Notes under the pieces: model-generated
Database searches by the model: none
Seen by the model: only the letters and a program-made list of their open reading frames with translations
Told to the model about the DNA's origin: nothing
Source: Candidatus Dadabacteria bacterium
GTDB taxonomy: Bacteria; Desulfobacterota_D; UBA1144; Nemesobacterales; Nemesobacteraceae
Direction of reading: 5' to 3'
Length of the DNA: 64,000 nucleotides
Assembly (NCBI GenBank): GCA_022822065.1
Contig: JAJECI010000008.1
Coordinates: forward strand, 117,254 to 181,253
Shown: positions 7,747 to 18,172 of the stretch, one piece after another
Layout of the letters: each line of letters begins with the position of its first letter
How positions within the stretch are numbered: position 1 is the first letter of the stretch
Position numbers and translations under genes: made by a program

Positions 7747-9507
7747 GTGGCTACCGATACTTCTGCTTCGCGATCAGGCGTTCGCTACGAACCTAACGAC
7801 AAGCCGCCGACGCTACTCGTAGCCGGGCTAGGCTTACAGCTAGCCATTCTCACCATAGCGGGGATCGCCATCACGCCGGTCATCGTGATCAAGGCCGCCG
7901 GCGAATCCGAGACTTACATGTTGTGGGCGGTATTCGCGTCAGTCGTGATTAGCGGGGTCAGCACTATACTGCAGGCCGTCAGAGTTGGTCGAATCGGCGC
8001 AGGATACGTTCTCCTGATGGGCACCTCCGGCGCATTCATCGCAATCTGCATCACCGCGATCGCGAAAGGCGGACCCGCCATGTTGGCGACGCTCGTCATT
8101 ATCTCGTCTTTGTTCCAATTTGCCCTGGCGAGACGCCTTTCCCTGTTTCGGCGGATACTCACCCCCACGGTCGCGGGCACGGTAATCATGCTGATTTCCG
8201 TCACCGTGATGCCGATAATTTTCGATCTCCTGGACAAGGTTAAGGACACCGCAGACCCTCAGGCCGCTCCCCTCAGCGCGCTTGTGACCGTGCTTGTCAT
8301 TACAGCCATCGCCATCAAGGGTACCGGCGTATTCCGACTTTGGGCTCCCGTAGCGGGCATCATCGCAGGGTGTATTGTTGGCGGCTTCTTCGGAATTTAT
8401 GACACGACGCGCATTTCCGAATCCGCCTGGATCGGGTTTCCGCAAGGAGGCTGGCCCGGCTTTGATCTGAGTTTCGGACCGACGTTCTGGACGCTCCTGC
8501 CCGGGTTCATCTTTGTCACCATGATTGGCGCGATCGAGACAATTGGCGACGCCGTGGCAATTCAGCGCATTTCGTGGCGACGGCCGCGAGCCGTAGACTT
8601 TCGCTCCGTTCAGGGAGCCGTGACTGCCGACGGGGTGGGTAACCTACTGTCCGGGCTCGCCGGCACAGTTCCAAACACGACGTACTCGTCCAGCGTATCG
8701 GTAACGGAACTTACCGGAGTGGGGGCTCGGGGAATCGGAATTGCCGCGGGCACCATATTTATCATCTTGGCATGCTTCCCCAAGGCGCTCAGCGCAATTC
8801 TCGCGATTCCGAATCCGGTGGCCGCGGGGTACCTGGCCATCCTGGTGGCTATACTGTTTGTGGTTGGAATGAAGGTTGTCGTCCAAGACGGAATCGACTA
8901 CCGCAAGGGCATGATTGCGGGAGTTTCATTCTGGGTGGGTGTCGGCTTTCAGCACGGCGCAATCTTCCCTGAGTATTTCGCGGAATTTGCCGGCGGCCTG
9001 CTGCAGAACGGCATGACGGCAGGCGGTCTCACCGCCCTGCTCCTTACGCTTTTTGTCGAAGTCACTGAACCTCGGCGCAGACGCATAAATCTTCCGTTTC
9101 ACATTACGACATTGCCGAAAATCCGGGAGTTTCTGCAATCGTTTGCTTCCCACAGCGGCTGGGGGGAGGCGATGGCCAACCGCCTTGACGCCGCCAGTGA
9201 AGAAACCCTGCTCACGCTGCTTGAGCGAAAAACGACGTCAGGCGAGGAAGAACCTTCACGGCGATTGCACATTATTGCGCACAAGGAAGGCGACGAGGCC
9301 GTGCTTGAATTCATAGCGTCAGCCACCGAAGAAAATCTCCAAGACCGGATCGCGCTGCTAGGCGAGCGAGCGTCGGAAGCCTCGACTGAACAAGAGGTGT
9401 CTCTGCGACTGTTGCGACACATCGCCTCGTCGGTACAACATCAGCAATATCACGACACGGATATCCTCACTATCCGCGTGAAGGCACCGGCTCCTACGTC
9501 CGATTGA
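7747..9507 (+). CDS. NCS2 (xanthine/uracil permease)-family transporter with a ~150-aa C-terminal cytoplasmic extension
   Basis: Polytopic protein. The GLGLQLAILTIAG block corresponds to the NCS2 GLQHvLvmyaG motif, here with Leu in place of His. The following VISGVSTILQA block is also NCS2-like. The hydrophilic tail (aa ~440-586) has no recognisable motif. Confidence 0.6.
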   Translation: MATDTSASRSGVRYEPNDKPPTLLVAGLGLQLAILTIAGIAITPVIVIKAAGESETYMLWAVFASVVISGVSTILQAVRVGRIGAGYVLLMGTSGAFIAICITAIAKGGPAMLATLVIISSLFQFALARRLSLFRRILTPTVAGTVIMLISVTVMPIIFDLLDKVKDTADPQAAPLSALVTVLVITAIAIKGTGVFRLWAPVAGIIAGCIVGGFFGIYDTTRISESAWIGFPQGGWPGFDLSFGPTFWTLLPGFIFVTMIGAIETIGDAVAIQRISWRRPRAVDFRSVQGAVTADGVGNLLSGLAGTVPNTTYSSSVSVTELTGVGARGIGIAAGTIFIILACFPKALSAILAIPNPVAAGYLAILVAILFVVGMKVVVQDGIDYRKGMIAGVSFWVGVGFQHGAIFPEYFAEFAGGLLQNGMTAGGLTALLLTLFVEVTEPRRRRINLPFHITTLPKIREFLQSFASHSGWGEAMANRLDAASEETLLTLLERKTTSGEEEPSRRLHIIAHKEGDEAVLEFIASATEENLQDRIALLGERASEASTEQEVSLRLLRHIASSVQHQQYHDTDILTIRVKAPAPTSD

Positions 9508-9778
9508 ACGGTTAAAGGAGGAGGCACGCACGGGCCCGCTACCCGCGGATTGATTGTCAGCCTCACTCACACGCCCATTTTCCCCTGCAAAGTCTCGAGC
9601 ACCGCCAGCTTAAAAGCTTCATCTCCGCTCGCCCGCAGGATCCCGCCCAAAGCTGAAAAACCGCCGATTTTCCCGACCCCTGACGGGTTCCAACCGGGAT
9701 ATTTGATTTAATCGAGAACTTGTTTATACTAGGCTGTTTTTATTTGACCACAACAGGCATCCGAGGAGCGAAGAACCA

Positions 9779-11662
9779 ATGGCTACCACACTGCACATAA
9801 GAGACAACATCGAGCAATCCTACGGGGACGTGTACACGCCGGAGGCGCTAGAGGCCCTTGAATTCATGACCCGCTTCAACGGCGAGCAGAAGGCCCTCAT
9901 GGAAAAAAGGACCCGGAGAAGAAAAAGGCGCTACGAATCCAAGGAAAGAATAACCTTTCTTGATCCCAACTCCCTCATCCCGCGCACCAATATCAAGGTC
10001 CAGGACGCGAGGGACGGAAAATTCGAGGGCCCCGAGATCCCCCATGACCTAAAAAGACAGTGGATACAGGGAACGGGCCCCGCGGCAAAACCTAATTCTC
10101 CGGTTGAAAACAGCATAAGAAACGTCGCCTACGCCCTTCTCTCGGGCGCTGACGGGTGGATGTTCGACGGCGAGGACGCGCTGGGGCAGATCTCGACCAT
10201 GTCCCTTGACAACCAGCGCAACCTCAAGCTCGCGATCGCAAGGGACGAGGTGTTCATGAAAACCGCGGAAGTCGTGGCAGGGCAGATGAACAGGTGGGGA
10301 CAGGAGTTTTTCGGACATGACATAATCGAGGACTGGGAAAAGCAGCTTGACTTCACCACCGTGATTTTCAGGGCGAGGGGACTTCACCTGGACGACCGCC
10401 ACATACGGGACGCAGACGGCGTCGCGCTTTCGGCTTCCGTGGTCGATATGACGCTTTTTGTCGTTAACAACTACAGGGAACTCGCCAAGAGAAACTCATC
10501 CATAGTCCTTTACCTGCCGAAGATACAGACCGCCGAGGAAGCCGCGCTCTGGAACGAGATGCTCACCGCCCTTGAGGGCCACATCGGACTTCCCGAAGGC
10601 ACGATAAAGGTATACGTGCTGATAGAGCAGCTTGAGGAAACGTTCCAGCTCATGGAGATAAGGGCGGTTTTGGGCAAGCACTTCGCCGGGTTTAACACCG
10701 GCAGGTGGGATTACATAAACAGCGTCTCTGACGCCGTGGCGTGGGATGCGGATTTCGTTAACCCGAACATAGAGTCGATCACCATGACGTACGGCTACAT
10801 GAGAAACTACGAGGACCGCGTGAGAAGGGCCGTGAACACCCCGGACGTAAACGGGAACTTCGCGCTCTGGCAGGGAGGCATGGAGCCTAACATACCCGTG
10901 GGGTCGAAGGAAGGCGTTGAGAGCAGCATGGAGAAGGCCTACGCCGGGGCCGTAAGGGAGCAGCAGGAAGGAGCAAGCGGCAAATGGGTCGCCCACTGGA
11001 AGATGGTCCACATAATAAGACCCGTATGGGAAAAAGTCGGCGAGGAGAACCAGCTCGGAAGAGAGTTTCCTCCGCTTACCTATACCCAGGAAGACGCGGA
11101 CGGCCTCACACTTCTGGAACCCGCCCCGAGAACCATAAGAGGGGCGCGTAACCTGCTTAGCGTCGGACTTCAGTACGGAAACGCGTTCGGCCAGGGATTC
11201 CAGGCCGCGGCGCTCAAGCCCGCCGATTTCTTCGGAAACGACGACATCCTCTACCTTATGGAGGACGCCGCTACCGGGGAGATAAGGCTCAGCATACTCT
11301 GGGAGTGGATCCACAAGGGAGCGGAACTAACCGAGGATGACCCCGAGACGGGGCTTAAGGCCGGGGACACGTTCACCGCCGAGGTCTTCGAGAGGCTTCT
11401 TGAGGAAGAATACGAAAAGCTCCAGGCGGCAAGCGACAGGGACGTCCATGACATCTCAAAGCCCACCACCCTTCCGATAGCGAAACAGATAGTGAGAGCC
11501 TACGTGCTTGACGACGTCAAGGTGCCGTGGTACATAGACCTGCTCAACATCAACCTTAACAACCACGACCACGACGTGGCCTCGCAGAGAATCGAACTCT
11601 ACATGACGGAGTTCGCGGGCAACGACAGGAGAATCACCGAGAACCTCGATTTCGTAATCTAG
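9779..11662 (+). CDS. aceB: malate synthase A
   Basis: Blocks [33 protein letters not shown] and [21 protein letters not shown] align with E. coli AceB motifs ([42 protein letters not shown]). Confidence 0.9.
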   Translation: MATTLHIRDNIEQSYGDVYTPEALEALEFMTRFNGEQKALMEKRTRRRKRRYESKERITFLDPNSLIPRTNIKVQDARDGKFEGPEIPHDLKRQWIQGTGPAAKPNSPVENSIRNVAYALLSGADGWMFDGEDALGQISTMSLDNQRNLKLAIARDEVFMKTAEVVAGQMNRWGQEFFGHDIIEDWEKQLDFTTVIFRARGLHLDDRHIRDADGVALSASVVDMTLFVVNNYRELAKRNSSIVLYLPKIQTAEEAALWNEMLTALEGHIGLPEGTIKVYVLIEQLEETFQLMEIRAVLGKHFAGFNTGRWDYINSVSDAVAWDADFVNPNIESITMTYGYMRNYEDRVRRAVNTPDVNGNFALWQGGMEPNIPVGSKEGVESSMEKAYAGAVREQQEGASGKWVAHWKMVHIIRPVWEKVGEENQLGREFPPLTYTQEDADGLTLLEPAPRTIRGARNLLSVGLQYGNAFGQGFQAAALKPADFFGNDDILYLMEDAATGEIRLSILWEWIHKGAELTEDDPETGLKAGDTFTAEVFERLLEEEYEKLQAASDRDVHDISKPTTLPIAKQIVRAYVLDDVKVPWYIDLLNINLNNHDHDVASQRIELYMTEFAGNDRRITENLDFVI

Positions 11663-11706
11663 GTTCTCGAAGAAACAACCATTTTTATTTTCAGGAGAGC
11701 ATATCG

Positions 11707-13983
11707 ATGAGCCAGTTAGAAGCTGAGATAAGGAAGACGAAAAGGTATTTCTCAAGCGCGCGCTTTAAGGGAATAACCCGTCTTTACTCACCCCGCCAGG
11801 TGGTGGAGCAGAGAGGAACCATAAGAAGGGACTACTCGATCGCGAAAAACGCGGCGGATGCGTTCTACAAGAGACTCCGCGAGCTTTTCTCGGAGCGAAA
11901 GCAGATAACGTCCTTCGGCCCCTATTCGCCCGGCCAGGCGGTCATGATGAAAAGAAAGGGAATAGAGGGCATATATCTCGGCGGATGGGCCACTTCGGCA
12001 AAAGGATCGATCGGCGAGGACCAGGGAGCGGACTTGGCAAGCTATCCCCTCAGCCAGGTGCCGGACGAGGCGGCTCCCATAGTGAGAGCCCTTCTCGCCG
12101 CGGACAAGAACCAGAGATACAACCGCGCAAGGATGACCGAAAAGGAGAGGGAGCAGACTCCCGAGATTGACTACAGCCCATTCATAATCGCCGACGCGGA
12201 CACGGGACACGGCGGAGACGCCCACGTGAGAAATCTTATCAGAAGGTTCGTCGAGGCGGGAGTTACCGGCTATCACATAGAGGATCAGAAGCCCGGAACC
12301 AAGAAATGCGGTCACCAGGGCGGAAAGGTTCTCGTTCCTTCTGACGAGCAGATAAAGAGACTAAACGCCGCCCGGTTCCAGCTCGATATAATGGAAGTGC
12401 CCGGGATAATCGTTTCGAGAACCGACGCCGAAGCCGCCACCCTTCTTGACGGAAACGGGGACGAGCGCGACCAGCCGTTTGTCCTGGGAGCAACCAAACT
12501 CAACATCCCCAGTTACAAAAACGCCTACCTGACGATCCTGAGAAGGATCCACGAAAAAGGCGTAAAGGAGATAAACGGCCACAAGCTCTACAAGATAAGC
12601 AAAGAGACCTACGCGGAAACGGACAAGTGGCTTGAGGAAACCGGCATAGCGTCGTTTGTGGACGAGAACATAGAGGCAATGAAGGGGGACACCCAGGAAC
12701 TTGAAACCGCTCTTGATTCCATAGTCACCAAGTTCGTCGAGATATGGGAAGAGGAATCCGGTCTCACCACCTTCGGCGAAACGATAGAGACGCTCATGGA
12801 GTTTAACATGGAGCAGGGCGTTGAATTCGACATGACAGTCGAGCAGTGGAGGGAGTTTGCCAAGACCGCTTCCACGAAAGACGCCATGGAGAAGGCCGAT
12901 TCCCTAGGGATCGACTACATATGGGATCCCGAGATTTCAAGAACCCCCGAGGGATACTACCAGGTAAAAGGCGGAATCGAGTACTCCATCGCCAAGTCGC
13001 TTGCCGTGGCGCCCTTTGCCGACCTGCTCTGGATGGAAACCAAGACGGCGGACCTTGAGGACGCAAGGAAGTTCGCAGACGCCATCCACGAGGTTTTCCC
13101 GGACAAGATGCTTGCCTATAACCTCTCTCCCTCCTTTAACTGGGACACGACGGGAATGACAGACGAGGAAATGAAGAAATTCCCGGAAGAGATAGGGAAG
13201 CTCGGCTTCGTGTTCGATTTCATAACCTACGGAGGCCACCAGATCGACGGCATGGCCGCCGAAGAGTTCGCAACCGCGCTTATGGAAGACGGAATGCTCG
13301 CCCTGGCCCGCGTGCAGAGAAGGCTGAGGCTCATAGATTCGCCTTACAAGACCCCGCAGACCCATGTCGGGGGACCCCGCATGGACGGAGCGCTCGTCGC
13401 GAGTTCCGGAAGAACCGCGACCACGAAGGCTATGGGCAAGGGTTCGACGCAGTTCCAGCATCTGGTCCAGACGGAGGTTTCCATCAAGCTTCTTGAGGAG
13501 TGGTTTGAGTCCTGGGCGAGGCACTATAAAATCAAGGACACATTCACCGCCGAACTTAAGCCCCACACCGTGGGAACTTTCGTTCTTGAACTTAATATCC
13601 TAAACGGCAAGGGCGAGAAAGTGGCGGACGTCATATTCGAGATACTGCAGGACAGAAAAGGAGAGAAAATACTCACTGTAAGGGATGAGAATAATTTTGA
13701 TACATCCCTTCGCCGGAAACGCCTCGCGACTATACTTCACCTGTTCCTGATTCACCGTTACAGAACGGATTTCGTGCATTACGTAAGCCCCACGGAAGAC
13801 AACCTCATGCAGACCAAGGGAATGATGAAGCTCGGAATCTACGAATCGGTCAACACCGAAGTCGGCCATATAATAGTGACCAAGGTAAACGTCGATTACG
13901 TGAAGGAGCTGCTGAGCCCCGACCGCAGGGAACTCAAGAGGCTCATCGCGAAAAAAACAAAACCCCGTCGTAAAAAGAAATAA
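11707..13983 (+). CDS. aceA: isocitrate lyase, long (ICL2/eukaryote-like, 758 aa) form
   Basis: ICL signature KKCGHQGGK (K-[KR]-C-G-H), plus [11 protein letters not shown] and SRTDAEAA. The length indicates the long form with an inserted domain. It sits immediately downstream of aceB. Confidence 0.9.
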   Translation: MSQLEAEIRKTKRYFSSARFKGITRLYSPRQVVEQRGTIRRDYSIAKNAADAFYKRLRELFSERKQITSFGPYSPGQAVMMKRKGIEGIYLGGWATSAKGSIGEDQGADLASYPLSQVPDEAAPIVRALLAADKNQRYNRARMTEKEREQTPEIDYSPFIIADADTGHGGDAHVRNLIRRFVEAGVTGYHIEDQKPGTKKCGHQGGKVLVPSDEQIKRLNAARFQLDIMEVPGIIVSRTDAEAATLLDGNGDERDQPFVLGATKLNIPSYKNAYLTILRRIHEKGVKEINGHKLYKISKETYAETDKWLEETGIASFVDENIEAMKGDTQELETALDSIVTKFVEIWEEESGLTTFGETIETLMEFNMEQGVEFDMTVEQWREFAKTASTKDAMEKADSLGIDYIWDPEISRTPEGYYQVKGGIEYSIAKSLAVAPFADLLWMETKTADLEDARKFADAIHEVFPDKMLAYNLSPSFNWDTTGMTDEEMKKFPEEIGKLGFVFDFITYGGHQIDGMAAEEFATALMEDGMLALARVQRRLRLIDSPYKTPQTHVGGPRMDGALVASSGRTATTKAMGKGSTQFQHLVQTEVSIKLLEEWFESWARHYKIKDTFTAELKPHTVGTFVLELNILNGKGEKVADVIFEILQDRKGEKILTVRDENNFDTSLRRKRLATILHLFLIHRYRTDFVHYVSPTEDNLMQTKGMMKLGIYESVNTEVGHIIVTKVNVDYVKELLSPDRRELKRLIAKKTKPRRKKK

Positions 13984-14001
13984 AAATTTCTTTTCTTGCA
14001 T

Positions 14002-14060
14002 GGCCAAGGCGAGAAGTGTCGCTTTTCGCCTTGGCCGCAGCTACTTTTATCTTGTTTTTT
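14002..14060 (+). terminator. intrinsic terminator after aceA (stem ggccaaggcgagaag / cttttcgccttggcc, then T-rich tract)
   Basis: Inverted repeat at 14002-14016 and 14022-14036, matching 14 of 15, with a 5-nt loop. It is followed by gcagctacttttatcttgttttttg. Confidence 0.5.
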
Positions 14061-14422
14061 GCGAGATATCTCTTTATCTCTTGCCGACAAAATCTCGCTT
14101 CCTGATCTGATAACCATGCTCCCATAGGAGTTATGGGCAACCATAACAACAAAGCAGGTGAATGGATGGTCTCTTACCGCTACGGTTTCATGAAGATGGA
14201 CGAGAACAGCCTGACGATTGAGATCGGATTACCATTCTACCAACATCTCGACAGTCTGCAGTTTAAAAGCGATTACAGTTTTACAATCGGCTGGCAGTTT
14301 TCAATCTGAGAAAAAAATCCGATTAAAAACTCTCGATTAACACAAAGGCCTAGTATTGCCATTGACATTCTTTCTCCTTCATAAATAAACCCCGAAAACT
14401 AGACGGAGTCTTAGTAGCGTAT

Positions 14423-15367
14423 TCACTCAGTATGTTGAGATTGTATTCTTGAGGTTAATCTATTTTTTCTCCGGCTTTTTGATGGCCACCGTAATATTCC
14501 ATCAAGCTCTTCAAGTAATAGCGGTTCCCCATAACCAACATCGTAAGGCTGAATTTCACCTGCAGGTTTCAAGCTTTCATCAAACCAGAGGATAGAAAGA
14601 CATTGATTCCATTCTTTTATAAAGATTGCTTCTTCACACAGCATGTCGTAATTTCCGACACCATTGTTGAACCAAATCTCAGTAGGAATCTCTTCATTGT
14701 ATTGCTCAGTCTCAGATCGGTTTTTGATCAGGTGAAAAGCTACGCTGTTTTGAGGAACCGGTACACCGATGTCAATCCATCCCTTAAGTTCGCGTAGAGA
14801 CTTTGAACTGGAAACATAGCGAATTTGACCTTCTTCAATAAGAACAAAGGAACAGAGCCCTTCACAGTTGGCGGCGAACCTGGAACCCGTAGAGTGTATA
14901 GAGGCTCTATAACGTTTTGACAGCTCCTTTATCGTATCGAGACATATATCAACATCCTCAATATCTTTCTTGAAAAAATCATATGGTAAGAGGCATTCCG
15001 CTGCAAAAATATCGCATAAAACCTCTTCCTCGGGACGCTGTCTGTAACTCATTAGATCGGTTGTTTTTATAGAACCATCTTGATGCTTTGAGGGTAGTTC
15101 CAGAATGATATGGCCAATTTCGTGTAGAATAGTAAACCGCTGTCTTTCCTCCGTATGTTTCCCGTTAACAGTGATAATGTTCCTTCCGTTTAAGAAAAAA
15201 GTTTGACCCGATTCTTCATCGTCAAGATCATGGCAAACTTCAATTTCAGCCCCAGCAACCGCAGAGTAAAGCTTAAGGTTAACAGGCACGGAATTTATTT
15301 CAGATTCCCTAATGAAATCGCGTGCCTTTAAAACGACTTCAAGTTCTTTCGCTTTGTGCTTACCCAT
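14423..15367 (-). CDS. CapP-like ImmA/IrrE-family Zn-metallopeptidase (CBASS regulator)
   Basis: HEIGH motif (FTILHEIGHIIL) in a DUF955/ImmA-like core, 314 aa. It overlaps the upstream HTH gene by 8 nt and is divergent from the CBASS operon. Confidence 0.75.
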   Translation of the reverse strand: MGKHKAKELEVVLKARDFIRESEINSVPVNLKLYSAVAGAEIEVCHDLDDEESGQTFFLNGRNIITVNGKHTEERQRFTILHEIGHIILELPSKHQDGSIKTTDLMSYRQRPEEEVLCDIFAAECLLPYDFFKKDIEDVDICLDTIKELSKRYRASIHSTGSRFAANCEGLCSFVLIEEGQIRYVSSSKSLRELKGWIDIGVPVPQNSVAFHLIKNRSETEQYNEEIPTEIWFNNGVGNYDMLCEEAIFIKEWNQCLSILWFDESLKPAGEIQPYDVGYGEPLLLEELDGILRWPSKSRRKNRLTSRIQSQHTE

Positions 15368-15737
15368 TCTTCATAAACTCTTCCAACCGTTCAGCCCACT
15401 TGCGCCATTCATCCTTAGTTTTAGGTCGTCTTCCCCTGAAGCTCATAGATGATAAAGACTCGAAAAGTTCTATTGGGCGTTCTTCGTCCTCAAGAAAAAC
15501 CTCAATAAGCTGGTCACTGACTGTTTGTCCGACAAGGAGGTGTAATAGGTGTGCCCTGCGCCTATCAAGCTTGAGGGTATTAATGAGGGAATCGACGGTT
15601 TGTTCAGACGGAGAGGTTCTTTCTTCCTTTTCCAAGCGATGAATATAAGTATAGTGGATCCCGCATAATTTCCCGAGTTCTCGAAGAGTTAAACCACGTC
15701 TCTTGCGAAACTTTCTCAAAGCGTAACCAAAAGACAT
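15360..15737 (-). CDS. CapH-like XRE-family HTH transcriptional repressor (CBASS regulator)
   Basis: N-terminal HTH LRKFRKRRGLTLRELGKLCGIHYTYIHRLEKEER (XRE/Cro-type), 125 aa. First gene of a two-gene operon with the ImmA peptidase. Confidence 0.75.
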   Translation of the reverse strand: MSFGYALRKFRKRRGLTLRELGKLCGIHYTYIHRLEKEERTSPSEQTVDSLINTLKLDRRRAHLLHLLVGQTVSDQLIEVFLEDEERPIELFESLSSMSFRGRRPKTKDEWRKWAERLEEFMKNG

Positions 15738-15759
15738 TCTATATTTCTTAAAAAAATTC

Positions 15760-15788
15760 TTGACAAAAAAAGAAAGATTGATTATTCT
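15760..15788 (+). promoter_or_regulatory. candidate sigma70 promoter for the CBASS operon (TTGACA-17 nt-TATTCT) in the capH/CBASS divergent intergenic region
   Basis: TTGACA at 15760-15765, 17-nt spacer, TATTCT at 15783-15788. Downstream are two CAACATT-containing repeats (acagacaacattcta and tctgtcaacattata) that could be CapH operator half-sites. Confidence 0.4.
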
Positions 15789-15973
15789 GTTGCCTGTACA
15801 GACAACATTCTATGCTAATTCACTAAAACAAAATAAAATTTAGCTCGATGAACATGTATAAAGCGTAGCTTGTTTCTGTCAACATTATAATAGAAACTGC
15901 AGATTTTCTCAAGCGTTTTTTACCGTTGGTCTTAAAAAATAGGGCTGAGAGAGAAAAAGAATTCGACGAAGTT

Positions 15974-16969
15974 ATGAGAAAGGATACTGAAATAGCGAAA
16001 AAACGAATCCTATGTATTGACGGAGGGGGAGTCCTCGGCACTTTTCCTGCAGCATTTCTCGCTGAACTGGAAAAACACCTTGATCACCCTATTGGAAAGT
16101 ATTTCGACCTAATTGCGGGAAGTTCCACAGGAGGAATTATTGCACTTGGTCTCAGCATGGGAATTTCCGCATCGCAACTGTTGAATTTCTACGAAAACAG
16201 AAGTTATGAGGTATTTGGTAAAAATAATAGACCGTTTCTGAGTTTTTTCCTCAGAAAAATCCGAGCAGTTAAATGGTGCTTTCTAAGAAAGTATAACTCT
16301 GAACCTCTCCGAACTGTTCTTTATGATGTGTTTGGGGAAAAACGTATAGGTGAAGCGAAAACCCGGTTACTTATTCCAGCTTGGAATCCGGTGGCTAATT
16401 CCGTCTACATCTATAAAACAGCACATCATCCCCGTCTAAAAACAGATTATAAATCAAGCGCGGTTGATGTAGCTATGGCGACATCAGCAGCTCCTTCCTA
16501 TTTCAAGCAACACGTTACACAGCATGGTGTTGTCCTCATTGACGGCGGCATATGGGCAAACAACCCCGTAGCGATTGCTGTTGTTGAGGCCATCTCCCTG
16601 CTGAACTGGCCAAGAGAGTCACTTCGCATCTTAAGCCTAGGGTGTCTGCAGGAGGCATACAATATACCAAAACACGCTGGCCTCGGAATGCTTAACTCAA
16701 AAATTATTAACTTATTCATGGACGGACAGTCTCAAGGGGCTATGGGTATCGCAAAGCTGTTAACGGGTCATGAACACGAACGTACCGCTATATACAGGGT
16801 GAATCAGACGGTTCCATATAATACCTACAAAATGGACGACACAAAGACCATACAAGACTTAAAAGGACTCGGCCATTCCGAGGGGCGAAGTTGGCAACCC
16901 AACCTTGAGGCTATATTTTTCGACAAACCGGCAGAAGTTTTCAAACCATATTATAAGTTGGAGGATTAA
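15974..16969 (+). CDS. patatin-like phospholipase (CBASS effector, CapV/CapE-like)
   Basis: Oxyanion-hole motif ILCIDGGGVLG, nucleophile motif GSSTGG (GxSxG) and catalytic DGG in IDGGIWANNP. Start is taken at ATG 15974. The ORF track starts at an in-frame TTG at 15926, which is less likely. Confidence 0.85.
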   Translation: MRKDTEIAKKRILCIDGGGVLGTFPAAFLAELEKHLDHPIGKYFDLIAGSSTGGIIALGLSMGISASQLLNFYENRSYEVFGKNNRPFLSFFLRKIRAVKWCFLRKYNSEPLRTVLYDVFGEKRIGEAKTRLLIPAWNPVANSVYIYKTAHHPRLKTDYKSSAVDVAMATSAAPSYFKQHVTQHGVVLIDGGIWANNPVAIAVVEAISLLNWPRESLRILSLGCLQEAYNIPKHAGLGMLNSKIINLFMDGQSQGAMGIAKLLTGHEHERTAIYRVNQTVPYNTYKMDDTKTIQDLKGLGHSEGRSWQPNLEAIFFDKPAEVFKPYYKLED

Positions 16970-16971
16970 GA

Positions 16972-18171
16972 ATGAGAATTGATGAAGCTAGATATTCTAA
17001 CTTTTTAGACGAAGTTGCAGGAAACCTAGATATTTCCCCGAGCAAGTACAGAGATGCTGTCGACCGCTACCAAGCTGTTGCGAAATGGCTCGAAGGCGGA
17101 GATTACCCCGGACCTTCTGATTCTGGGTTAGACATCTATCCACAAGGCTCATTTCGTTTAGGTACAGTCACGAGACCAATAAGGAACAGTATTGAAGCAG
17201 ATTATGACATTGATCTTGTGTGCGAAGTCCCCTTGCTAAAAGAGTGGGCCAAGCCTGAGTACGTAAAGCAGTTAGTCGGCGACAGACTAAAAGAACACGA
17301 CATGTATAGGAGAATGCTAGATGAAGAAGGTAGGCGATGCTGGACGCTAATATATTCTGAGCAAGACAATATTGGCTTCCACCTGGATGTTCTGCCGTCA
17401 GTCCCCTATTTGGGAGGCTACCTAAACACGGCGATTGCGATAACGGACAAAGATCTTTCCCTTTACAGGTGGTCAATAAGCGATCCTAAGGGTTACGCTC
17501 AATGGTTTGATGATAGAAACATGTCCGCATTTAACCTGGTATCTGCTGAACAGAAGAGACTTATTCAAAATCAAGCCCCGGAAATATACGCAAGAATCGA
17601 AGACGTACCTAATCAATTAGTTCGTACTCCCCTTCAACGTGCAATTCAAATTATGAAACGTCACCGTGACATTAAGTTCAATGACACAAGATCTATTGAG
17701 TATGCCCCGATTTCAATAATCATTACGACTCTCTCCGCATATTTCTATCGAAACGAACCAGATGTCTACTCCGCTCTGAAGAATATTGTAGGTAGTTTAA
17801 ATGCACATTCTGCCCTATTTGAAAATCGGGTTCTTGATCCTGCTCTCAAATCAATTACTCCCATAAAAAGGACCTCTGATGGCAAATGGCATATAGGCAA
17901 TCCTGTTAATCCAGAGGAAAACTTTGCAGACAGGTGGCATGAGAATAACCATGCCAGAGCAAAAGCATTCTTTCAGTGGTTGGACTCTCTACAAAAAGAC
18001 CTTATTAACATACTTAATGAAAACAATCGAGACCTAGCAAAAAGCACCCTTATCTCAGCCCTAGGCAGTGTCCCAGTATCGCAAAATCTGGAACTGATAA
18101 TCCCTCCTAAAGTAATCGAAAGCCCCCCGAAGATTCATATTTCTAGGCCAGCGCAACCGTGGAAAGACTAG
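16972..18171 (+). CDS. cGAS/DncV-like nucleotidyltransferase (CD-NTase, SMODS domain) of CBASS
   Basis: Pol-beta-type NTase motif QGSFRLGT...DYDIDLV (GS...[DE]h[DE]h), with a third acidic residue in GFHLDVLPS. GGAGG Shine-Dalgarno 7 nt upstream. It lies between a patatin effector and an E2-like gene and is translationally coupled to the next gene (TAG-a-ATG). Confidence 0.8.
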   Translation: MRIDEARYSNFLDEVAGNLDISPSKYRDAVDRYQAVAKWLEGGDYPGPSDSGLDIYPQGSFRLGTVTRPIRNSIEADYDIDLVCEVPLLKEWAKPEYVKQLVGDRLKEHDMYRRMLDEEGRRCWTLIYSEQDNIGFHLDVLPSVPYLGGYLNTAIAITDKDLSLYRWSISDPKGYAQWFDDRNMSAFNLVSAEQKRLIQNQAPEIYARIEDVPNQLVRTPLQRAIQIMKRHRDIKFNDTRSIEYAPISIIITTLSAYFYRNEPDVYSALKNIVGSLNAHSALFENRVLDPALKSITPIKRTSDGKWHIGNPVNPEENFADRWHENNHARAKAFFQWLDSLQKDLINILNENNRDLAKSTLISALGSVPVSQNLELIIPPKVIESPPKIHISRPAQPWKD

Positions 18172-18172
18172 A

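Noticed and set aside
7914-8445. 111-aa and 168-aa minus-strand ORFs
   Set aside because: They are antisense to the NCS2 permease gene. They are shadow ORFs with no start or Shine-Dalgarno support.
7747-9507. High-GC blocks at the NCS2, MFS (33380-35074) and SulP (55918-57573) genes as horizontally acquired islands
   Set aside because: All three are polytopic membrane proteins. Their Ala, Gly, Leu and Val-rich composition inflates GC by itself. There are no mobility genes or repeats, so proximity to tRNAs is probably incidental.
10496-11314. 272-aa minus-strand ORF
   Set aside because: It lies inside aceB, which has strong homology, and is an antisense artefact.
12937-13566. 209-aa minus-strand ORF
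   Set aside because: It lies inside aceA and is an antisense artefact.
14143-14322. 59-codon ORF ([58 protein letters not shown]) at the island edge
   Set aside because: It is too short and has no Shine-Dalgarno. It may be a remnant of an outer-membrane-protein C-terminus. It is noted in the island finding but not annotated as a gene.
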